64,000 nt of DNA from an uncultured Chloroflexia bacterium. Lineage in GTDB: Bacteria; Chloroflexota; Limnocylindria; Limnocylindrales; CSP1-4. The stretch lies in assembly GCA_963748625.1 (NCBI GenBank), contig CAVVJT010000010.1, forward strand, positions 672,001 through 736,000, in the 5' to 3' direction. A program made the translations under genes and the position numbers. The first letter of the stretch is position 1. Each line of letters starts with the position of its first letter. Shown here one piece after another: positions 26,672 through 36,696 of the stretch. The notes beneath the pieces were generated by a model. That model saw only the letters and a list, made by a program, of their open reading frames with translations. It had not been told where the DNA came from and did no database searches.

Positions 26672-26726
26672 CGGCGGAGGTCCGCGTCGGTGGGTGCGCT
26701 CCCCCTCGTCCGGGAGTGCGCTCAGC

Positions 26727-27926
26727 TCAGCGCGTCAGGCGCGCCTGGAGGCTGGCTGCGGTGACATGCTCGCCGCGCAGGGCGGGCAGGATGACGTCCT
26801 CCACCATGCGCTCCGTGGCTCGACCGTCGGCGACGTCGAAGTTGGCCGCAGCGAATGCCCGCACCCGCTCGAGGTCCCATGCGCCGTCGCGGATCGCGGC
26901 CGCGAGGCCGGCCGTGTCCTCGAAGATCGGGCCAGGGGCGTCGCGCCGGAAGTCGAAGTAGAACCCGCGCTCGATGTCGTACGCGTCCTCATCGGGGGCG
27001 AGGAACAGGATCGGTCGACCGAGGAGCGCGAACTCGTAGATGACGCTGGAGTAGTCCGAGACGAGGATGTCCGCGATGAGCATGAGCTCGTTGACGTCCG
27101 GATAGCCACACGCGTCGACCGCGAAGCCCGCGAGATGGGGAGGGATGACCAGGCCCTCGCGCACGAACGGGTGCAGCTTGAGCAGCACCAGGTACCCGTC
27201 GCCAAGGGTGCGGGACATCTCCTCGAGGTCGAGCAGGTTCTCGTAGCGGGCCCTGCCGACGGTCTCGCCCCGGAACGTCGGGGCGTACAGCACGACCTTG
27301 CGGCCGGCGGCCTGGGGGAATGCCGCGCGGGCGCGGCTCTCCGCCGTGGCCCGCCGGTCGGGGTCAGTGAGGATGTCCGTGCGGGCCATGCCGACCGCCG
27401 AGCAGAAGATCTCGGGCGAGGAGTTGAACGCCTCCGCGTAGTGCGGCGCGACGTTCATCGACGACACGAGCGCGATGCTGTAGTTGGAGTGGATCGCGAC
27501 CTTCCGGACCAGGTCCTCGTCAGCGCCAAAGGACTTGTCGAGGACGCTGTAGCCGAACTTCTTGAAGGCCCCGGCGGCGTGCCAGACCTGGACCCGCAGC
27601 GTGCCCTTGCGCGGCGTGACGACGTACATGGGGAAGAAGTAGTCGTCCACCAGCGTGACGCGCGCATTCGCCAGGTGGTAGCCGCTGCGCACCGACGCCC
27701 ACAACGGTCCGAAGCGCCCGAGCACCCGGCCGCGCGTGAGCGTGATCTCGACCACCTTGGCCTCGGGGTGGCGGCGAACGAGCTCCTCGCGCACGAAGGC
27801 GAGGTTGCCGGTCAGGCGCGGCAGATGGGACGTCGCGAACACGACCGTGGGCTTCGTGGGCAGGATGCTGCCGACGGCGAAGCCGACGCGCGACAGGAAG
27901 GTCCGTGCGACCCGACGACGGCTCAC
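26727..27926 (-). CDS. CDP-glycerol/CDP-ribitol:polyol-phosphate transferase (TagB/TagF family)
   Basis: QVWHAAGAFKKFG, LYAPTFRG, KLHP and DILVSDYSSVIYEF. Confidence 0.9.
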   Translation of the reverse strand: MSRRRVARTFLSRVGFAVGSILPTKPTVVFATSHLPRLTGNLAFVREELVRRHPEAKVVEITLTRGRVLGRFGPLWASVRSGYHLANARVTLVDDYFFPMYVVTPRKGTLRVQVWHAAGAFKKFGYSVLDKSFGADEDLVRKVAIHSNYSIALVSSMNVAPHYAEAFNSSPEIFCSAVGMARTDILTDPDRRATAESRARAAFPQAAGRKVVLYAPTFRGETVGRARYENLLDLEEMSRTLGDGYLVLLKLHPFVREGLVIPPHLAGFAVDACGYPDVNELMLIADILVSDYSSVIYEFALLGRPILFLAPDEDAYDIERGFYFDFRRDAPGPIFEDTAGLAAAIRDGAWDLERVRAFAAANFDVADGRATERMVEDVILPALRGEHVTAASLQARLTR

Positions 27927-28065
27927 GGCAGCAGGGCTCGATGCATCGGCGGCATGATACCGGCAGCGTCGGTGCGCGACCCCGCAGGACCGGGCTACCC
28001 TGTCCCAGCGCCGATCATGCGTCCGCGCACCACAGTCCGTCGGTCCCCGCAGGAGCTCCTCCCGC

Positions 28066-29481
28066 ATGCAGATCCACGCCATCGTCCTCGCCGGCGGTGA
28101 CGGCAACCGTTTCGGCGGTGAGTTGCCCAAGCAGTTCGTCCGCCTCGCGGGTGACCCGATCCTGCTGCGCACCCTCCGGCGGTTCGGGGCGGCCCGGCTC
28201 GACCGCGTCGTGGTGGTGGCGCACCCGCGCTGGCTGGACGAGACCACGCGGCTGGTGGGCGAGGCCGACCTGGGCGTGGACGTCCGGGTCGTGGCCGGCG
28301 GGGCCACGCGCAACGAGAGCACGCGCAACGGGCTCGCAGCCCTGGAGGCGGACGCCGCCGACATCGTGCTCGTCCACGACGCCGTGCGGCCGCTGCTGCC
28401 CTTGGAGGTTATCCAGCGCTCGGTCGAACCGATCATCTCTGGGCGCGCCGACGCCACGGACACCGTGATCCCCAGTGCTGACACGCTCGTGATCGTGGAC
28501 GGCGAGGACGTGGTGGAGATCCCCGATCGCAGCCGGTACCGCCGCGGCCAGACGCCCCAGACATTCCGGGTGGGCGTGCTGACCCAGGCCTACGAGGCGG
28601 CCGAGCGGGCGGGCGACCTCACCGCGACCGACGACTGCAGCCTTGTCCTGCGCTACGTGCCCGGCGCCCGGATGCTGGGAGTCGCGGGCGACGAGATCAA
28701 CCTCAAGATCACCACCCGGATCGACATGGTCATGGCCGACCGCATGCTCCAGATGAGCGTGCTGGTCCCGGGCGTCGAGCCGCACGCCACGTCGTCGCTG
28801 ACCGGTGCCCGCGTGTACGTCGTCGGGGGCACGAAGGGCATCGGCGGGGCGATCGCCGACCAGGCACGCCTGCTGGGCGCCCAGGCCGTGGTGGACGGCA
28901 CCTCCACGGGCCTCGACGTGCGCGACCACGCTGCCGTCGCGGAACGCATGGCGGCGGCCGCTGAGCGGATGGGCGGGATCGACCACGTCGTCTGCACGGC
29001 GGGCGTGCTGCGCATCGGGCCGCTTGCGGCGATGGACCCCGCGACCGTGGCCGAGGTGGTGGACATCAACCTCACCGGCAGCCTCAACGTCGCGCGGGCC
29101 GCCCACCCGTACCTCGCGGCCAGCCGCGGCTCGCTCACGCTGTTCACGTCGAGCTCGTTCACGCGCGGGCGCCCGAGCTACGTTCCCTACTCGGCGTCGA
29201 AGGCGGCCGTCGTCAACATGACGCAGGGTCTTTCCGACGAATGGGCCGACGACGGAATCCGGGTGAACGCGATGAGCCCGGAGCGGACCGACACGCCGAT
29301 GCGGCGCGAGGCGTTCCCTGCCGAGAACCGCGAGGGCATGCTGGGCGCCCAGGACGTGGCCCTGGCGACATTGCGGGTGATCCGCTCGGACCTCACCGGC
29401 CAGGTGGTGGACGTGAAGCACAGCGACCTGGCTCCGGACGACGTGGTGGGCACGGGCGGCCCCGGCCGCACCGCGTCCTGA
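28066..29481 (+). CDS. Bifunctional cytidylyltransferase (IspD/TarI-like) plus SDR reductase; Bcs1-like CDP-ribitol synthase
   Basis: LAGGDGNRFG, VHDAVRP and GQTPQ, followed by GGTKGIG and YSASK; CAGGAG SD. Confidence 0.85.
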   Translation: MQIHAIVLAGGDGNRFGGELPKQFVRLAGDPILLRTLRRFGAARLDRVVVVAHPRWLDETTRLVGEADLGVDVRVVAGGATRNESTRNGLAALEADAADIVLVHDAVRPLLPLEVIQRSVEPIISGRADATDTVIPSADTLVIVDGEDVVEIPDRSRYRRGQTPQTFRVGVLTQAYEAAERAGDLTATDDCSLVLRYVPGARMLGVAGDEINLKITTRIDMVMADRMLQMSVLVPGVEPHATSSLTGARVYVVGGTKGIGGAIADQARLLGAQAVVDGTSTGLDVRDHAAVAERMAAAAERMGGIDHVVCTAGVLRIGPLAAMDPATVAEVVDINLTGSLNVARAAHPYLAASRGSLTLFTSSSFTRGRPSYVPYSASKAAVVNMTQGLSDEWADDGIRVNAMSPERTDTPMRREAFPAENREGMLGAQDVALATLRVIRSDLTGQVVDVKHSDLAPDDVVGTGGPGRTAS

Positions 29482-29514
29482 CCGCCACCACCGTCCGGCC
29501 CGCGTGTCCCGCCC

Positions 29515-30639
29515 GTGACCCCGCTCGAGTACCGGCTCTCGGCCCTGGTGCTGCGCGCACTGGGTGCGCTGTTCGGACTCCTGCCCATCCGGCACAACCG
29601 GGTGGTGCTGGCCACCGCCCGGCTCGCCGTCCTCGAGGGCAATCTCCTGGGCATCCACGACGCGATCCGCCGGCTGCGACCCGATGCCGAGATCGTGCTG
29701 CTGCTGGAGCCATACGGCTATGGGCTCCTGGCGAAGGTCCGATATCTGCTGCGGCTCGTCCGGGGCATGTACCACGTGCGCACGGCCGGGCTGGTGGTGG
29801 TGGACAACGCGTGGCTGCCGGTCCACGTGGCACCCCATCGTGCCGGCACGACCATCGTCCAGGTCTGGCATGCGGCGGGTGCCCTCAAGCGCTTCGGCGC
29901 CGATGCGCTGACACCGCTGGCCGAGCCCGAGCGCAGGTTCCTCCACCGGTACTACGACTTCGTCGTGTCCAGCGGGGAGGCGTCCCGGGAGCCGTGGTCG
30001 CGCGCACTGCGGACACCCGTGGAGCGGGTGGTGCCGCTGGGCACGCCGCGGACCGACCTCTTCTTCGATCCCGCGGCCGTCGCCGCTGCCCGCGGACGCG
30101 CGCTGGCGGCGCACCCCGAGCTGGCGGGACGGCGTGTGATCCTCCACGCCCCGACGTTCCGCGGTCGTGGCGCGGCCAAGCGCGGCGACGACCAGCTCGA
30201 TGCGGTGGCACTGCGGGCCACCCTGGGGGCCGCTGACGCGCTGGTGCTCAAGTCCCACCCGAACCTCGACCCGAGAAGGGTCCGCACGGACGGCTACGAC
30301 GTGGTCGCTGCGCCGTCGGACGACATGAACGACCTGCTGGCGGCGGCCGACGTGCTGATCACGGACTACTCGTCGTCGGTGTTCGAGTTCGCGCTGCTGC
30401 GCCGGCCCCTGGTGCTGCTGGTGGGGGATCTCGAGTCGTACGAGCAGGACCCCGGCCTCTACCTGGACATGCGGAGCGACATGGTGGGGGCGCTTGTCAC
30501 CGACACGGCCGGCGTCGCGGCGGCTGTTGCCGCGGCCGAGGTGGACGAGGATGCCTACGACGCCTTCCTCGCACGCCACCTCGGCGGGTGCGACGGCCAC
30601 GCGGCGGAACGTTTCGTGGAGCGCTTCCTGCCGCGCTGA
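29515..30639 (+). CDS. Second TagB/TagF-family polyol-phosphate transferase
   Basis: QVWHAAGALKRFG, GTPRTD, HAPTFRG and LITDYSSSVFEF. Confidence 0.9.
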   Translation: MTPLEYRLSALVLRALGALFGLLPIRHNRVVLATARLAVLEGNLLGIHDAIRRLRPDAEIVLLLEPYGYGLLAKVRYLLRLVRGMYHVRTAGLVVVDNAWLPVHVAPHRAGTTIVQVWHAAGALKRFGADALTPLAEPERRFLHRYYDFVVSSGEASREPWSRALRTPVERVVPLGTPRTDLFFDPAAVAAARGRALAAHPELAGRRVILHAPTFRGRGAAKRGDDQLDAVALRATLGAADALVLKSHPNLDPRRVRTDGYDVVAAPSDDMNDLLAAADVLITDYSSSVFEFALLRRPLVLLVGDLESYEQDPGLYLDMRSDMVGALVTDTAGVAAAVAAAEVDEDAYDAFLARHLGGCDGHAAERFVERFLPR

Positions 30640-30661
30640 TCCGGGGTCCACGACATGGCGG

Positions 30662-32716
30662 TCAGCCCTTGGACTGTCCCGTTGTCCCGTCCGCGCCCGG
30701 CTGTAGGGCCTTGCCGGCCTTGGCAGCCCTGCGACCCTTGATCTTCCGCTTGAGGCCGGCCAGACGGGAGCGGACTCCGCGTGCCACGCGCCTGCTTTGG
30801 AGGCGCACCTCGCCTGACATCCGTTCCACGGGGCCCGCTGTCCTGATGCCCTCGATTCCGACCTGTCCCCCGGTGATCACCACCTCGCCGAGCGGAACCG
30901 GGCGTCCGTCCACGTGCAGGCCAAGCGGGTGGCGCCCGTCACCGAGGGCTGCGAGCGATGCCCGCCGGATGGTGAGCCGCACCCCGTCGTGGCGCGCCAC
31001 GGCGTGCTCACCGCGGACGGCCGGGTCCCCACCCGCCACCAGTGCGGTGGCACCGGCGACACGCTCGCCTGCCGTCATGGGCAGCACGACATCGAACCGG
31101 TCGTCATGGGCGACCAGCCACGGCCGGACGCTGCCCTGCCAGCCACCTGCGCCATCCACACCCGGGACGACCGTGAGGCTGACTGGCCTGCCCGGCTCGA
31201 CCACTGGCATCGCGGCGGCGGCATCGGGCCGCAGGAGCGCCGGGAGGAGCGCGCCGCGGGCGCCATCGGCCGGTGCGAGCGGACCCCGGATGTCCAGGCC
31301 AAGTCCCCGGATGCGGGCGACGACGCTCCACGGTCCGAGCGTGAGCGGGACGCCCGCTGGACCCATGGAATCCGGGCGGATCGTGATGGTGCCCCGCGCC
31401 ACGGGCACGACGTGGGACGCGTCCTCCCCGCGAGCGAGCTTGAGGCGGCTCCCGGCAGGGACGACCCACTCCACCCACCCGCCGGTCTCCTCGACCACCG
31501 CGTTCAGACGGTAGTCGTCGAGCTCGCCGGTGACGTCGGGCGGCCCGTCGAGGATCCCTTCGGTCAGGCGCGGGTCGAGGTACACGCGCCCCCCGGCCCG
31601 GAGCAGCGTGAACGGCGCGCCGTCATCCCACAGCAGCCGCGCGCGGTAGCTGATGTCCAGCGCCCCGTCCTGCGTGCGCCATCCCGTCGCGACCGCGTCC
31701 ACGCGCAGACGGGCCTCACGATCGACGAGCCTCTCCAGCTGCTCGAAGCGGCCTTCCCGCAGGAGCGTGGACCGCAGGCGGATGACCGCTCCGAGGCCGT
31801 CGTGGACACGGTCGTCGAGGCAGTCGAGCGCCAGGGCGCGCATGGCGTCGAAGACGCGGCGCCGGTACGCCGTGTCGCCGGCATCCCAGGCGGGATCGGC
31901 AAGGCGGCCCAGCATCTCGGTGCGGTAGAAGCGGCGCAGGAATCGCGCGCGTTCGTCGGGTGGCTCAGCCTCGGCCCGCACCAGGTCCAGGATCCGTCGC
32001 AGGTGGCTGTAGTACTCGTCCGGGTCAAGCGGCCGTGACGAGAGGTTGGCCCCGTCGTCGCGCTCGCAGTAGTAGTAGACGGGTTCATCCGCATAGACCG
32101 AGATCACGCGGGCGCGCAGGTAGGCGGTGGTGACGAGAAGCTCGTCCTCGATCTTGGGCCAGCCCTCCGGGAAGCGGATGCCCTGCTCCCGCAAGAACGC
32201 GGTTCGGAACAGCTTGCAGACCGTCAGGTTCGCGATGACCGGCGCGTCGTGCCACGTCCCGACTTGGACCGTCTTGCGGAACAGGTCCCAGGAGACGTTG
32301 CGGAAGTTGCTGACCAGCTTGCCGATCACCACGTCCGCGTCGTTGGCACGGGCCATCGCGGCCAGGCGCTCCATGGCGAAGGGCGCGAGGCGATCGTCGG
32401 CATCGAGGAAGAAGATGTACGCACCGCCGGCCATGTCCAGCGCGAGGTTGCGCGGCCGTCCGGGGCTACCCGAGGCGGGGATGTGCTCCACGCGGATCCA
32501 CGGGTGTGACGCCGCGAGGGCGTCGAGGCGGGCGCCCGATCCGTCGGTGGACCCGTCGTCCACGAAGATCGCCTCAAGCCCGTGGCCTGCGAGCGTCTGC
32601 CCGAGCACCGACGAGATGGACCGCTCCAGCGCCGGGCCCGCATTGTGGACAGGCACGATCACCGTGACCGCGGGAGCCGAGGCACGGGCGGACGGGTCGC
32701 CGTGGCCGGGCTGCAT
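30662..32716 (-). CDS. GT2 glycosyltransferase, TarS-like
   Basis: VIVPVHNA, VDDGSTD, SGSPGRPRN, FLDADD, KLFRTAFL and IEDE, plus a long C-terminal extension. Confidence 0.85.
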   Translation of the reverse strand: MQPGHGDPSARASAPAVTVIVPVHNAGPALERSISSVLGQTLAGHGLEAIFVDDGSTDGSGARLDALAASHPWIRVEHIPASGSPGRPRNLALDMAGGAYIFFLDADDRLAPFAMERLAAMARANDADVVIGKLVSNFRNVSWDLFRKTVQVGTWHDAPVIANLTVCKLFRTAFLREQGIRFPEGWPKIEDELLVTTAYLRARVISVYADEPVYYYCERDDGANLSSRPLDPDEYYSHLRRILDLVRAEAEPPDERARFLRRFYRTEMLGRLADPAWDAGDTAYRRRVFDAMRALALDCLDDRVHDGLGAVIRLRSTLLREGRFEQLERLVDREARLRVDAVATGWRTQDGALDISYRARLLWDDGAPFTLLRAGGRVYLDPRLTEGILDGPPDVTGELDDYRLNAVVEETGGWVEWVVPAGSRLKLARGEDASHVVPVARGTITIRPDSMGPAGVPLTLGPWSVVARIRGLGLDIRGPLAPADGARGALLPALLRPDAAAAMPVVEPGRPVSLTVVPGVDGAGGWQGSVRPWLVAHDDRFDVVLPMTAGERVAGATALVAGGDPAVRGEHAVARHDGVRLTIRRASLAALGDGRHPLGLHVDGRPVPLGEVVITGGQVGIEGIRTAGPVERMSGEVRLQSRRVARGVRSRLAGLKRKIKGRRAAKAGKALQPGADGTTGQSKG

Positions 32717-32801
32717 CGGGGGGTCTCCGCTGGCGGGCTTGGACCTACAGCCTAGCGCGGGCGACGCACCGCGGCCGGGTCCGCTGGGGCACACTGCAGG
32801 C

Positions 32802-33743
32802 ATGCCTACCAGGATCATCCTCGACGTTGACACGGGCACCGACGACGCGGTCGCCCTGATGACTGCCGCCCTCTCGCCGGACATCGAGCTCGTGGGCGCG
32901 ACGGTCGTGAATGGCAACACCGTGCTGGACTCGTGCGTGGAGAACACGCTGCGCGTGTTCGAGTGGATCGGGATGCCGGAGGTGCCCGTGTTCCGCGGTA
33001 TGTCCCGGCCCCTGGCCCGCCCGCAGATGACGCAGGTCAACCCGGCAACGCGGATCCACGGCGACAAGCTGGACCTGCCCGAGGCAACGATCAAGGCCCG
33101 GGACCAGCACGCGGTGGACTGGCTGATCGACACGTACCTCGCGTCGGACGGCGACATCACGCTGGTCCCGGTGGGCCCCCTCACGAACATCGCCACCGCG
33201 ATGCAGAAGGAGCCGCGGATCCTGGAGCGGATCCCGGAGATCGTGATCATGGGCGGGGCGCACGACCACGGGAACTCCACGGCATCGGCCGAGTTCAACA
33301 TCTGGCTGGACCCCGAGGCGGCCCGGATCGTGGTCAACAGCGGCCGGCCGATCCGGATGGTCCCGCTCGACGCGACGCACCGCGCGCTGGTCTCCACCGA
33401 CGATGCGCTCGGGCTGCGGGCGCTGGGCACGCCTGCCGGCGAGGCCGCCGCCCGCTTCATCCTCAAGCGGATCGAGGGCTACGACGCCACCCAGCCGATG
33501 CATCGCGCGGGCGCTGCACCAGTGCACGACGCGCTCGCGGTGTGCGCCGTGATCGACCCGTCGATCCTGGAGACGCACTTCATCCCGGTGGACGTGGAGA
33601 CAGGCGGGGAGCTGTCCGCGGGTCGCACGGTGTGCGACTTCCGGTTCCGCAGCCGCAAGCCCGCCAATGTGCACTTCGCGATGGACGCGGACGAGCCCAA
33701 GTTCGTGCGGATGCTCACGGAGATCCTCGGCCGGACGGCCTGA
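32802..33743 (+). CDS. Inosine/uridine-preferring nucleoside hydrolase
   Basis: DVDTGTDD, GPLTNIA, AEFNIWLDPEAA and VHDA. Confidence 0.93.
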   Translation: MPTRIILDVDTGTDDAVALMTAALSPDIELVGATVVNGNTVLDSCVENTLRVFEWIGMPEVPVFRGMSRPLARPQMTQVNPATRIHGDKLDLPEATIKARDQHAVDWLIDTYLASDGDITLVPVGPLTNIATAMQKEPRILERIPEIVIMGGAHDHGNSTASAEFNIWLDPEAARIVVNSGRPIRMVPLDATHRALVSTDDALGLRALGTPAGEAAARFILKRIEGYDATQPMHRAGAAPVHDALAVCAVIDPSILETHFIPVDVETGGELSAGRTVCDFRFRSRKPANVHFAMDADEPKFVRMLTEILGRTA

Positions 33744-33787
33744 GGGTCTGAGCGTCCGGACGGCCCAAGCGTCCGGACGGCCTGAGC
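33731..33787. repeat. Three copies of CCGGACGGCC at the end of the hydrolase gene
   Basis: Copies at 33731, 33756 and 33773. Confidence 0.55.
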
Positions 33788-33814
33788 CGCGGATCCGGCA
33801 GAGGCCCCAGGGAA

Positions 33815-35224
33815 CTACGGGCCGAGGTGGTAGCCCATCCGACGGGGCAGCCTCGCGAGCTTGTCGGTCACGGGGTCCACGGAGCCGCGGGCGTCCAGCT
33901 CGTCGTCGCGGCGCACGGTGGCCGCGTTGACGATGGCCGCGCCGACACTCCGGAATGGCTCGGGCGGGAAGTGGCGAGGCTCGCGGTCCACCAGTGGAAG
34001 CCTCGTGTCGGCCGTCTCCTGGCCCAGGGCAAGCGCAGCCATGACCTTGCCCATGAGGTGGCTCGGGCCGACGCCGTTGCCGGTGTAGCCCAGGGCGTAG
34101 TGGATCCGCGCGCCGCCGAAGCTGCCCGCGAAGGGCTGGTGGTCGGTGGCGACGTCGATCGGGCCGCCCCAGCGGGCCTCGATGGGCACGTCCCGGAACC
34201 CAGGGAAGAACCGGTGGATCGCCTCGATCGCGTGCCGGGTGCCGGTCTCGTCCGCATCGAATGCCGTGCCGACCCTGCCCGAGAACGTGCCCCGTTCGCC
34301 GCCGACACCCAGCGCGATGCGCCCGTCCGGCGTGGTCCGCAGGTAGCGCAGCGCGGCGCGGTAGTCGTAGATGGAGACCCCGGTGGTCCAGTTGATCTCG
34401 GCGAGGCGCTCGGGCGCGGGAGCGGTGATCGCCATGTAGGAGCCCCGGGCCACGATGCGGCTGCCGAACCGCTTGGTCGCGGCGGCCCAGGCGTTGATCG
34501 CGAGGATCGCCTGCGGGGCACGAACCGACCCGTGCGCCGTGGTCGCCACGACCGGATCGCCGGGCGCGAGGCGCATCACCGGCGAGTGCTCGTAGACCTG
34601 CACCCCCGCGTCCATGATCACGCGGCGCAACCCGCGGGCGAGGCGAGCGGGCTGGACCGTGCCGCCATCCTCGACGAGGTGGCCGCCCTCGAACACCGGG
34701 GAGGAGCAGTAGCCGGCCAGCTCGGCACGCGACAGGATGCGGTAGTGCCCCTCGATCCCCAGCGCGCGGGCCGTCTCGACCGGCTCCTCCCAGCCACCCG
34801 CCTGGCGTGGCGCGGATGCAACCCCGATGTAGCCGTCGCGCTTGTACCAGGCGTCAACCCCGTGGTCGGTCATCCAGGCCTCGAGCTCGTCGATCGTCCG
34901 GGCGCCGGCATCGATCACGGCCAGGGCACCCTCGCGGCCGAACAGCTCGAGCAAGGTGCCCGCGTGATCGTAGAAGCCGTTGATGAAGCCGCCGTTGCGA
35001 CCCGACGGCCCGAAGCCGCACTCGTCCCGCTCGATGAGCACGACGCGGATGCCGGGCTGCCGCTGCACCAGTTGCCAGGCCGCCCACATCCCCGTGTAGC
35101 CGCCGCCCACGATGACGACGTCGGCCTCGATGTCGAGGCCCAGGACCGGTGCGGGCTCGCCCCGGAACTCCGGGTGCCCGAGGGCCTCCTTGAGCCACCA
35201 ACAGGTCTGTGCAATCTCGCTCAT
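33815..35224 (-). CDS. FAD-dependent oxidoreductase (DAO/PuuB-like)
   Basis: IVGGGYTG, GPSGRNGG, QPARLARGL, WGGPID and GYTGNGVG; TAGGCT lies 7 nt before the ATG. Confidence 0.88.
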   Translation of the reverse strand: MSEIAQTCWWLKEALGHPEFRGEPAPVLGLDIEADVVIVGGGYTGMWAAWQLVQRQPGIRVVLIERDECGFGPSGRNGGFINGFYDHAGTLLELFGREGALAVIDAGARTIDELEAWMTDHGVDAWYKRDGYIGVASAPRQAGGWEEPVETARALGIEGHYRILSRAELAGYCSSPVFEGGHLVEDGGTVQPARLARGLRRVIMDAGVQVYEHSPVMRLAPGDPVVATTAHGSVRAPQAILAINAWAAATKRFGSRIVARGSYMAITAPAPERLAEINWTTGVSIYDYRAALRYLRTTPDGRIALGVGGERGTFSGRVGTAFDADETGTRHAIEAIHRFFPGFRDVPIEARWGGPIDVATDHQPFAGSFGGARIHYALGYTGNGVGPSHLMGKVMAALALGQETADTRLPLVDREPRHFPPEPFRSVGAAIVNAATVRRDDELDARGSVDPVTDKLARLPRRMGYHLGP

Positions 35225-35366
35225 GCGTTGCAGCCTACGCCTCCGGGCGCCCGCCAGGTGCCGTTGTTCCGACCAGGCGGCAGTGCGTGGCGCGGAGCCG
35301 CGACGCGGCGTTTCGGAAATTGCGGCACCATGGCGCGACGAATTCACCTTGGAGGGGTACTCACCT

Positions 35367-36212
35367 ATGCGCTCAACCCGGATCCTGCTGGCCTCGCTTG
35401 CGGCCGCCAGCGTCATCGTCGCCGCCTGTGGCTCCGGCACCACGACGGCCCCGTCCCAGGCACCGCAGGCCACGAACCTGCCCGCCCCGACCGTCAACCC
35501 CGATGCGGCCACGCTGACCGACGGCACCTGGAACCTGGTGACGTTCAGCCCGGACGCCAGCATCACCATCGGGGGCGACCTCAACCCGACGATCAACTTC
35601 ACCGCCGACGGCAAGGTCTCCGGTGTCGCCGCCTGCAACCAGTACACGAGCACCTACACGGTGGACGGCGACGCCCTGACGATCCAGCCTGCCGCGATGA
35701 CCGCGATGGCCTGCGCAACCGACGTGCAGTCCAAGTTCGAGACTGCCTACCTTGACGCACTGACCAAGGTGCGTGCGTTCGTGATCGACCTCGCCGGGGA
35801 CGTGAACACGCTGACCCTGGGCGACGAGAGCGGCACCACGCTCATGCGCTACACGCTGGGCTCGACCACGATCGCCGGGGATTGGACCGCGACGGGGATC
35901 AACAACGGCAAGGAGGCCGTGGTGAGCGTCGCCAGCGGCTCAACGGTGACCATGACCCTTGGCGAGGACGGCAGCGTCACCGGCAACGCGACCTGCAACA
36001 CCTACAACGGGACGTACGAGCTCGACGGGGACAAGATCACGTTCGGCCCGATGATGTCCACCAAGATGGCGTGCGAGTCCGACGAGCTGAATGCGCAGGA
36101 GCAGGCCTACCTCATGGCGCTCGACAACACCACGACGTGGGAGCTCGCGAACGGCGTGCTCACGTTCCGCGACGATGCGGGCGCCATGCAGGCGACGTAC
36201 GCCGCCAAGTAG
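35367..36212 (+). CDS. Lipoprotein with two META (HslJ-like) domains
   Basis: Lipobox VAAC; repeated G..CN.Y...Y..DGD...T.MAC pattern; GGAGG SD. Confidence 0.88.
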   Translation: MRSTRILLASLAAASVIVAACGSGTTTAPSQAPQATNLPAPTVNPDAATLTDGTWNLVTFSPDASITIGGDLNPTINFTADGKVSGVAACNQYTSTYTVDGDALTIQPAAMTAMACATDVQSKFETAYLDALTKVRAFVIDLAGDVNTLTLGDESGTTLMRYTLGSTTIAGDWTATGINNGKEAVVSVASGSTVTMTLGEDGSVTGNATCNTYNGTYELDGDKITFGPMMSTKMACESDELNAQEQAYLMALDNTTTWELANGVLTFRDDAGAMQATYAAK

Positions 36213-36257
36213 CCGCCCATCCGGCCGGGGTTTCGACCCGGGCCCGCAGCATGCACG

Positions 36258-36298
36258 ACCGCCCGATCGTCAGGCCGACGATCGGGCGGTTTCCTTTC
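36258..36298 (+). terminator. Intrinsic terminator after the META gene
   Basis: ACCGCCCGATCGTC-AGGCC-GACGATCGGGCGGT followed by TTCCTTTC. Confidence 0.75.
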
Positions 36299-36328
36299 CG
36301 GCCACGGCGTCAGGCACCGGACATGCAA

Positions 36329-36354
36329 CGACCCCGGAGATGACTCCGGGGTCG
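36329..36354 (-). terminator. Hairpin downstream of tRNA-Arg
   Basis: CGACCCCGGAG-ATGA-CTCCGGGGTCG. Confidence 0.65.
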
Positions 36355-36370
36355 ACGTGTGTTCAAGGAA

Positions 36371-36446
36371 TGGCGCGCCCGGCGGGACTCGAACCCACGA
36401 CCTTTAGGTCCGCAACCTAACGCTCTATCCGCTGAGCTACGGGCGC
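36371..36446 (-). tRNA. tRNA-Arg(GCG)
   Basis: GCGCCCGTAGCTCAGCGGATAGAGCG-TTAGG-TTGCGGA-CCTAA..GTTCGAGTCCCGCCGGGCGCGCCA; A20 arginine identity element present. Confidence 0.95.
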
Positions 36447-36455
36447 CTGTATGAC

Positions 36456-36547
<92 letters not shown>

Positions 36548-36602
36548 GTGCAGCGCCGGGGATCATAGCAGGATCGTCGAGCTGGACGCCGCGGCAGCGG
36601 GA

Positions 36603-36696
36603 CGCCGCAGCCGTTCCTGCCCGGCGCCGGAGCCGTTCCTGCCCGGCGCCGCAGCCGTTCCTGCCCGGCGCCGCAGCCGTTCCTGCCCGGCGCCGC
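36603..36696. repeat. 22-bp tandem repeat, 4 copies
   Basis: CGCCG[C/G]AGCCGTTCCTGCCCGG at 36603, 36625, 36647 and 36669. Confidence 0.9.

Noticed and set aside
21863-36370. Possible genomic island between tRNA genes
   Set aside because: No integrase, no duplicated tRNA 3' end and no visible compositional shift; the content is largely housekeeping.
36603-36696. Possible CRISPR array
   Set aside because: The repeats are contiguous with no spacers, and there are no cas genes.
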